DNA of 64,000 nucleotides from an uncultured Chryseobacterium sp. GTDB lineage: Bacteria; Bacteroidota; Bacteroidia; Flavobacteriales_F; PHOS-HE28. Numbering within the stretch: the stretch's first letter is position 1; each line of letters begins with the position of its first letter. The stretch is from contig CAZYPC010000001.1 of assembly GCA_964649165.1 (NCBI GenBank), positions 31,529 through 95,528 of the forward strand. Reading direction: 5' to 3'. The notes beneath the pieces are model-generated. The model saw only the letters and a program-made list of their open reading frames with translations, made no database searches and was not told the origin of the DNA. The translations under genes were made by a program, and so were the position numbers. Shown one piece after another: positions 55,521 to 62,260 of the stretch.

Positions 55521-56366
55521 TCAATAGTTGGCGAACGTTCGCACCGCCACGTGCCCGTCCGTCCATTCCGCGCGCGCCACGTAAAGGCCGGGGGGCAAGG
55601 GCGCCAGCGATAGGCTGGTGCTCGGCCCCGCTGCCTGCACGACCAAGCGGCCGCTCATGTCCATGATCCGTAACCGCATGATCGCACTGCGTGCATTCAT
55701 GTGCAACGCCCCCTCGCCGGGCAATACCTGCCATTCGGAAGGGGCGCTCGCTTCGGCCACGCCCGCGCTCAGGTCGAAGCCCAAGGCGTCCACGGAAAGC
55801 GTGGACCCCGAGATGAGGTTCGCGCCGGTGACGAAGCTGATCGCCGCGCTGTCCGGCAACGCGGGGCTCCCGTAGGTGATGGGCACCGAGAAGGCGGTCC
55901 ATTGGGGGATCACCCCGCTGAAATAGAGGAGGCCGGAACCGATGTCCTCCCGCCCGCCGAGCTCGGCATTCCAACGGGTAAGGTCCACCTGGGCGGTGCC
56001 GTAGTCACCGTCCTGCTGGTAGTATTGCCATTGGCCGGTAAGGGCCGAAGGTCGCAGCACGCAGGGGAAGGCCGGGTACTCCGGGCTGCCGGCGAACAAG
56101 CTCCCCGCTACCACGGCCCCGCCGAGCACGGTGGCGCAGGTGATCTCCGTGTAGTGGCTGCCCTCCGGCGCATCCGTGATGCCATCGCCGCAGGAAATGA
56201 CCGGAAAGGTGATCGCGTTGGAGCTGGTCCATCCCACGGGATCACTGTAGGTACCGTTGGACGCCCAGTCCTCGAAGCCCGCATGGGGGATCTGTGCGTT
56301 GGCCTGCCTGGGCAAACCGGCCAGCATCCAGGGAACGCAGAGCAGGGGGAGCAAGGGTGTGCGCAT
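55521..56366 (-). CDS. T9SS cargo protein, function unknown
   Basis: Signal peptide MRTPLLPLLCVPWMLAGLPRQANAQ. CTD-like end EWQVLPGEGALHMNARSAIMRLRIMDMSGRLV...GLYVARAEWTDGHVAVRTFANY. Confidence 0.65.
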   Translation of the reverse strand: MRTPLLPLLCVPWMLAGLPRQANAQIPHAGFEDWASNGTYSDPVGWTSSNAITFPVISCGDGITDAPEGSHYTEITCATVLGGAVVAGSLFAGSPEYPAFPCVLRPSALTGQWQYYQQDGDYGTAQVDLTRWNAELGGREDIGSGLLYFSGVIPQWTAFSVPITYGSPALPDSAAISFVTGANLISGSTLSVDALGFDLSAGVAEASAPSEWQVLPGEGALHMNARSAIMRLRIMDMSGRLVVQAAGPSTSLSLAPLPPGLYVARAEWTDGHVAVRTFANY

Positions 56367-56430
56367 GGGCAGCGGTCGGGTAGGTGGCGAAATGCCGGGA
56401 ACGAAGTTCGGGAATGGTGGGGAAGACTGG

Positions 56431-57063
56431 TCAGCCTTCGTGTTTCGCCAGCGCTGGCACGATGATCAAGCCGGTGGCCACTTCGCCGAAGGCCACCACG
56501 GGCGCACCAGTGGCGGCCAGGTACGCGGTACGGGCGCAGAGCGCGGCGTCCACGCAATCGATGTTGGTGAGCTCCGACTGGTCGATCCCCAGCAGCTCGA
56601 GCAGCGCGCGGCGCTGCGCGCGTTTGCGCTTTGCATTGGCGTTGCCGCCGCGTAGGTGCCATGTGATGGCGTGCGGAAAGGTCTCGAAGCAATAGCGCTC
56701 CCGACCGGGTGCTGTGGGGTCGCGCACAGGATGCGTGGGCGCGAGCGCATCATACAGCGCCATGCCGTTCCGCATCCAATCGTAGTGCTTCTTGGGATGG
56801 GCAATGGCGCCGGCTTCCGTGGGCGAGGAGAAGCACCAGATGTGTTTCTGCATCAGCGCATGCTCGGCGGGCCGCCCCCGGCCCGTGGTGCTCCAGGCGC
56901 AGGGCGCGTCGATGGCGATCACGGCGGCATCCATCTCCTCCAGGCACCAACGCACCAGCGCGCTTATGTCCGTATCGGCCTTCTTCGCGCGGTAGCGGCC
57001 GCCCTCCAGCGCCACGGCGTGGAAGCCCTTGCTGCGGCCACCGACATCGATGCCGATGACCAT
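56431..57063 (-). CDS. DUF429 (RNase-H-like fold) protein
   Basis: Start reset to MVIGIDVGGRSKGFHAVAL... followed by AVIAIDAPCAW and DAALCARTAYL, the DUF429 layout as I recall it. Confidence 0.6.
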   Translation of the reverse strand: MVIGIDVGGRSKGFHAVALEGGRYRAKKADTDISALVRWCLEEMDAAVIAIDAPCAWSTTGRGRPAEHALMQKHIWCFSSPTEAGAIAHPKKHYDWMRNGMALYDALAPTHPVRDPTAPGRERYCFETFPHAITWHLRGGNANAKRKRAQRRALLELLGIDQSELTNIDCVDAALCARTAYLAATGAPVVAFGEVATGLIIVPALAKHEG

Positions 57064-57177
57064 GGGGGATGTGCGCGAAGTGGAAGTGAGCATGGTTCCT
57101 GGGCCGAAGATGTCCCACCTATTGGCAGATGCGTAGGACGATCGCTCCAAGGAGGGGTAAGTCCTTTTCGTGCAGGG

Positions 57178-59322
57178 CTAGCCGTTTTGCGATGGACGTA
57201 TGCCAAGCTCGTTCATCACCTCTTTCGCTGCGATCGTGCCTTGATCGTTCATCCGAAACTCCACGAACAGGCTTCGGAGATGCTTTGATACCTCGTTCAG
57301 GTCATCGCCCATCGTGAAGACCTTGGGGTCCCCCACGACAATGAGCTTTTGTTTGGCCCTGCTTATGGCCACATTCACCAAGCGCTCACCCGTGTTGCCC
57401 TTGTAGAGCTGACCGATGCGCCGCTCGCTGCTGTCCACCACATCCCAGACGATGACGTCGTATTCCGAGCCCTGAAAGGAGTGGATGGTGCCCACCTTGA
57501 TGCGTTCCAGGTCCTCCTTGGTGAGCATGCTGGCGTTGAGCAATGCCTGAATGCTCTGCACCTGTCCGTTGTACGGTGCAACTACACCGATGCTCACTGT
57601 TGCATGTGAGCGAACCAGACGTTGCACCAATGCTGCGACGAGTTCGGCCGAGGCAGTGTTGCGCCGCGAGCGGGTCTCCGTGACGGACACACGCGAACCA
57701 TCCTGCGGCCCGAAGTGGATGAAGTTGACCGGCCCCTCCGGAAGGAAATCGACATCGAGCAAGTGCAAGCCTTCACGCTCCACCTTGGAGGTGAGCCGAT
57801 GGTCATAGAATCGCTCGTTGATCAACGCACAGATCGCCTCGTCCATGCGGTGCTGCTCGTTGAGCATCACCAGCCCTTGTTCCTTATAGGCGGGCACGTC
57901 GGCGAGGTAGGTGAAGATGTCCGTGGCGAACCAATTGCGCGCGGCTTCGGTAGCGCTCACGCAGATGGGGCCTAGCTGTTTGAAGTCACCAGTGATCACC
58001 AGCTTGTCGCGGGTGAAGAGGCCCATGGCGATGGTCTGTACCAGCGGCATCATGCTCACTTCGTCGATGATGAGCACGTCGAACTGCTGCGGTTGGAACG
58101 CATCGCTCAGAAAGCACATGGCCGAGGTGGTGAGCGTGACGCTCGCCTCGCGCACGCGGGCCTCGTTCGCCTTCTTCAAGAGCTTGCGCAACTCCACCAC
58201 CTTGTCCTGTAGCTCGGCGCGCAACTCGGGCTTGTTTTCCGGTGCGCGCGCCAGAGCCGCTTGCGCCTTTCCTAGTTCGCGGCGCAGGGTGATGATGTGC
58301 TCCTTGTCCGGGAACAAGCGGTCGTCCTCGTTGATCTCGGCCATGGCCGGGTAGCCGAAGCGCAGCACCTTTCGCGCATCGAGCAACTCGCGCGTTTCGG
58401 GAATACGTTCCATTTCCTTCACCACCGCGCGTGTCAGGTGATCCACGGCGATGTTGGAGATGCCAGAGGCCAGCACCTTGCGCCCTTGTGCCGCTGCGCG
58501 CGCAATGATCTTGGCCAGCGTGAAGGTCTTGCCCGTTCCCGGCGGACCCCAGATGAAGGTCTGGTCCTGGCCGAAGACCCGTTCCATCACCGCCCGTTGC
58601 GGCTCGTTCACATCGGGATCCACGATGCTGACGGAGCCGTTGGATGCGCGCACAAGGTCCCGGCGTTCGAAGAGCCGAGCAGCCGCCGAGTCCGGGTGGT
58701 TGGGTATCTGCTCGAACTGCTGCTGGATGCGCCGGAGGAAATCGATGGGGTGCGTGCGGAAACGGAAGCGCGCGGCTATCTGCTCAGGTGATAGCGCAAC
58801 CTTCGCCCTGAAGATGATGATGGAAGTGCGGTTGTAGTAAGCCAACAACACTCCACTGGCGGCACCGGCCTCGGGTAACTCCGGCCACCAGAGGTCGATG
58901 GGCAGGCCTTCCTGCCCAGGTGCGGCCAAGCCATCAGGCAAGGAGATCACCGCCTCGTACATGTGGCCTGCCGTGTTCTCCTTGAGCAAGCGCAGCACCT
59001 TGGCCACGATCCAATTCTTGCGGTGGTCCTGCTCCACGGCGGTCTTCTCGTCGTGGAAGGCCTTGCGCACTTCTTCCTCGGGCAAACTGCTCAGGTCGAA
59101 GCTGCTGGGGAAGTCGCGCGTGAGCTTGCGCCAATCCGGCCGACGCAGGTGGCTACCGATGGGTTTGAAGTAATCGTTGTAGTCCTCCAGGCATTGCGCC
59201 ACTACTTCACCATCCAGGTGGTCGCGATGCAGCAGGTTCTTCAGCTGCACGGCCGTGTAGTCCCGCTCCCGATGGTCGAGCTCGTACCACTTCTGGATGA
59301 TCTTGTGGAAGAGGACCTGCAT
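57178..59322 (-). CDS. Upf1-like superfamily-1 helicase (AAA_11/AAA_12 type) with unknown 270-aa N-terminal domain
   Basis: Helicase motifs present: NEPQRAV (Q), WGPPGTGKTF (I), LIIDEVSMM (II), VITGDFKQLGP (III), TIHSFQGSEYDVIV (V), NVAISRAKQKLIVVGD (VI). Confidence 0.85.
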   Translation of the reverse strand: MQVLFHKIIQKWYELDHRERDYTAVQLKNLLHRDHLDGEVVAQCLEDYNDYFKPIGSHLRRPDWRKLTRDFPSSFDLSSLPEEEVRKAFHDEKTAVEQDHRKNWIVAKVLRLLKENTAGHMYEAVISLPDGLAAPGQEGLPIDLWWPELPEAGAASGVLLAYYNRTSIIIFRAKVALSPEQIAARFRFRTHPIDFLRRIQQQFEQIPNHPDSAAARLFERRDLVRASNGSVSIVDPDVNEPQRAVMERVFGQDQTFIWGPPGTGKTFTLAKIIARAAAQGRKVLASGISNIAVDHLTRAVVKEMERIPETRELLDARKVLRFGYPAMAEINEDDRLFPDKEHIITLRRELGKAQAALARAPENKPELRAELQDKVVELRKLLKKANEARVREASVTLTTSAMCFLSDAFQPQQFDVLIIDEVSMMPLVQTIAMGLFTRDKLVITGDFKQLGPICVSATEAARNWFATDIFTYLADVPAYKEQGLVMLNEQHRMDEAICALINERFYDHRLTSKVEREGLHLLDVDFLPEGPVNFIHFGPQDGSRVSVTETRSRRNTASAELVAALVQRLVRSHATVSIGVVAPYNGQVQSIQALLNASMLTKEDLERIKVGTIHSFQGSEYDVIVWDVVDSSERRIGQLYKGNTGERLVNVAISRAKQKLIVVGDPKVFTMGDDLNEVSKHLRSLFVEFRMNDQGTIAAKEVMNELGIRPSQNG

Positions 59323-59357
59323 CCTGGTGTTGCGCTATTCCATCGGGGTAGGTCGGT

Positions 59358-59810
59358 TCAGAACTCGAACAACTCCATAAGGTCCGTCACGACCTGCAGA
59401 TCCGCCTTCTTGACCATACACTTGCCGGGATGCTCCTTGCGGGGCGCCCGAGCCAAAGCGCGTACCCGGCCTTCGCGAGAAAGCGCGCGGTAGGTGATGG
59501 TGGGTGGCTCGGCTGTGTAATCCACTTGCGCCACCACCACCTGGCTGCGCTTCTGCAACAGCGCCTTGTGCACATCCCAGGCATCGGTAGAGCCGCCGTA
59601 GGCCTTGAGCTGCATCAAGAGGAACTCATCACGGTCATCGAGACCCAGGATGATGTCGAAGCCATAGAGGTCTATGTCCGAACGGCCGATGAGCGGGGTC
59701 TTGCCACGCCGGGTGACAGCCAGGATGAAATCGCGGATGAACCACGACTCCACCAAACTCTCTTGGATCGTGGAACGCGAGGGGTCCTGGAAATAGGTCT
59801 TGAGCGACAT
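59358..59810 (-). CDS. Hypothetical 150-aa protein, possible restriction-endonuclease-fold (D...D...QxK)
   Basis: ESLVESWFIRDF...GRSDIDLYGFDIILGLDDRDEFLLMQLKAY resembles a PD-(D/E)xK core with Q in place of D/E. Its stop is 35 nt upstream of the helicase ATG. The fold assignment is an inference. Confidence 0.5.
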   Translation of the reverse strand: MSLKTYFQDPSRSTIQESLVESWFIRDFILAVTRRGKTPLIGRSDIDLYGFDIILGLDDRDEFLLMQLKAYGGSTDAWDVHKALLQKRSQVVVAQVDYTAEPPTITYRALSREGRVRALARAPRKEHPGKCMVKKADLQVVTDLMELFEF

Positions 59811-59870
59811 TGGTTTGGTGCTCGTTCAACAGGTGTACACCGGGCGTTGGATGGACATGCAAGCTCCCTT

Positions 59871-60683
59871 CTAATTGGAATTGTACCCGTGCTCCCTGCT
59901 GCGCAGAAGGTTCTTCCAATGACTTTCGCGCGCACCGATCTGCTCGTCCGAAGCTCGCGAATCGGCGATCTCCAGTATCGAGAACTGGAAGTTGGTCAAA
60001 TACTCCGGTGGGTGTGCCCCGAGCAACTCTCGCAATTCCTTGTTGCCGCCGTGACCGGTCCAGACATAGGTGCACCACCGCTGCCACAAGCCGCTTTCGC
60101 CATCGGCCTTGCCCACGTAGTGCTTGCCGTTCAGCATGTCGGTGATCAGGTAGACCCCCTTCACGTTGCTCAATGCAGACTTCCAGCTTGCTACTTCCTG
60201 CTCCACGATCGTCTTCAGCTTGGGGTAAGGGACCGTTGTCCAGTTGAACCCTGGAAATTCCTCAATGGTCAGCTTCTTCTCGCGGATCTCGCTCAGTGTG
60301 AACGCGCTGCCGTCCTCGTGCCCCCAGAGGTAAGCCGCGCGTCCACCGCGTTCGTGGTGGACGACCAAACGGCCGATCCACATCTCGTGGCCGGTAACCA
60401 GTTCGGTCTTGTAGCGATACAGCTTCTTTTCCTCCAGCCAATCGTGGCCAAGCACCTTGTACACCCCAGCGAACAGCCACTTGTTCCGCTCTGGCAGCTT
60501 GATCAAGCTCACGATATGGTTGCACGGCCAGTTGCGTTGCCGCTGCCACTCCTGCCACTCCTGGAACCAGCCCGCGAAGAATGCGTCCAGTGGTGGGTCT
60601 ATGTCCGACGTGGCCAAGTGAAGCTTGTAGTTCTTCAGGTCCAACGGAACCTGATTGGCAAGCAGGAAGTCAACGAGCTTCAT
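59871..60683 (-). CDS. GIY-YIG nuclease with uncharacterised 170-aa N-terminal domain
   Basis: C-terminal VKGVYLITDMLNGKHYVGKADGESGLWQRW...FQFSILEIAD...ARESHWKNLL matches GIY...YVG...R...E...N of the GIY-YIG fold. Confidence 0.8.
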   Translation of the reverse strand: MKLVDFLLANQVPLDLKNYKLHLATSDIDPPLDAFFAGWFQEWQEWQRQRNWPCNHIVSLIKLPERNKWLFAGVYKVLGHDWLEEKKLYRYKTELVTGHEMWIGRLVVHHERGGRAAYLWGHEDGSAFTLSEIREKKLTIEEFPGFNWTTVPYPKLKTIVEQEVASWKSALSNVKGVYLITDMLNGKHYVGKADGESGLWQRWCTYVWTGHGGNKELRELLGAHPPEYLTNFQFSILEIADSRASDEQIGARESHWKNLLRSREHGYNSN

Positions 60684-60741
60684 TGTCGCAGCATATCAGT
60701 TGGACTGCACAGCGTGTTGGGACGATCCGATCAGCAGCAGG

Positions 60742-61698
60742 CTAGTCGGAAATGGGCTCCAGACCGATCAACAGGAAACTCACTTTCCCCGTATCCTCGG
60801 TTTCGTCCGGTGTCTCAACGATCTCTTGAATGGTCGCGCGCACACGCTGATTCCAATGGACCGCAACCAACTTCTGCACCACTTCTTCGGCAATGTCACC
60901 AATGATCGGCTCGCCTCCCGTTCGCAACTCGAACCTCTTCTTGGACGTGCTGCCCCCTACAAGTTCCCCCTCAATGACCCGGGGTTCCTTCGGTTTGAGA
61001 ACGATCGTATCGAGCCACGCCTTACGGTCTCGCGCCTGTGCAGCTTTCAAACGAACTCCGGCGCGACGGGTCTGCGTCCGCATGACGATCTGCGCATTGT
61101 TGTCGCCTATCTCTTCAACGAGCTTCTTGTAATGGCTCTTGATGCGCGAAGAGGTCTTGAAGATGGAAAGCAGGTCGTCCGTGGTGCCCTCGGGATCAAG
61201 CAAACGACCGAGCACCGCCATCACTTCATTCGGGTCGTAGGCCCGCACACGTTGAAGCTCCTCACTCGTTGCGAAGCGGAACTTGATGCCAAAAGAAGAG
61301 TCGAACCCACCAGCAATGAGCAGACGACTCTCCTCCAATACGATGTTCGGTACAGCGGCACGCGGCGTGGGCTTGCCGAATGATTGGGTAATAGCGTCCA
61401 CAAGGGACTGGGTCGTTGCCAATACGCGACCAAGAAAGCCTGCCTGGATATCGTGGCCCACCACCGGGTCGCCGTCCAAACTGAACACCACATCGCTATT
61501 CTCCAGTTCATAAGCGATCGATGTCTCGAGCTCTGCCTCCAGGTCTTTCAAGTGGCCCTGCCATGCATCCCATTGCAACTGGGCGGCGAAATCATCCTTG
61601 AGTGCAGAGCCTTCATTCGGAAGCGTTGCTTTGAACTGCTCCAACTGGGCCTCCACCTCGGATGAGGGCCGCGGTATGTGAAGCTCTTCAGTGCGCAT
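60742..61698 (-). CDS. Hypothetical 318-aa protein
   Basis: An uninterrupted ORF. Its ATG (61698) lies 11 nt inside the upstream ORF (stop at 61688). No recognisable motif. Confidence 0.6.
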   Translation of the reverse strand: MRTEELHIPRPSSEVEAQLEQFKATLPNEGSALKDDFAAQLQWDAWQGHLKDLEAELETSIAYELENSDVVFSLDGDPVVGHDIQAGFLGRVLATTQSLVDAITQSFGKPTPRAAVPNIVLEESRLLIAGGFDSSFGIKFRFATSEELQRVRAYDPNEVMAVLGRLLDPEGTTDDLLSIFKTSSRIKSHYKKLVEEIGDNNAQIVMRTQTRRAGVRLKAAQARDRKAWLDTIVLKPKEPRVIEGELVGGSTSKKRFELRTGGEPIIGDIAEEVVQKLVAVHWNQRVRATIQEIVETPDETEDTGKVSFLLIGLEPISD

Positions 61699-62242
61699 GG
61701 CTCAGAACAGGACACAAGTTAGGGTCGCCGATACGCATCTCGACCAGTCCCTTCCGGCCCCTGTGCGGGGCTTCCGGTTTGCCGGGGCGGGAATAGTCGC
61801 GGGCGCTTGAGAACCACTGCCGCCAATAGGCACGCAACTTCTCGGTTTGACTTTCCCATGCATGTCCTACGGGGAATACCACCACTAAGAACGTGTGGCA
61901 GGAGTATTTCGCCTTCGTGCTCTCCCGGCCATTCATCAACGCCCCTGCGTTCACTTGTTGCGGAACGGTAAGAGAGTTCAGTTCGGTAGCATGGCTGAAG
62001 TTGGCCAGGTCGATATCCTCGGGGTTCGTTCGTGTCGCGTCCACAAAAGACCCATCGACCCATTGGGTCACGTTCAGGCCAAGCGCGGCAATGTCGGCTT
62101 GATAGTCCTGTAGGCCCTTGAATATGCTGGCTCTCGTCGTTGACGTGGATCCATCCACACAACGCTCGTGGAGGTCATTGGCGTCCCCGGCATGCACTCC
62201 ATCCGGAAGGAGGCCTTGGGCATTGAAATCTGGGAGTGGCAT
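61688..62242 (-). CDS. Minimal nucleotidyltransferase-like protein (MNT/DUF6932-like)
   Basis: MPLPDFNAQGLLPDGVH... N-terminus and WVDGSFVDATRTNPEDIDLANF (G-S ... D-x-D) resemble the pol-beta-type minimal NTase family recalled as DUF6932. It starts 18 nt after the methyltransferase stop. Confidence 0.5.
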   Translation of the reverse strand: MPLPDFNAQGLLPDGVHAGDANDLHERCVDGSTSTTRASIFKGLQDYQADIAALGLNVTQWVDGSFVDATRTNPEDIDLANFSHATELNSLTVPQQVNAGALMNGRESTKAKYSCHTFLVVVFPVGHAWESQTEKLRAYWRQWFSSARDYSRPGKPEAPHRGRKGLVEMRIGDPNLCPVLSHAH

Positions 62243-62260
62243 GCGGCTCTTTGTCTTGCG

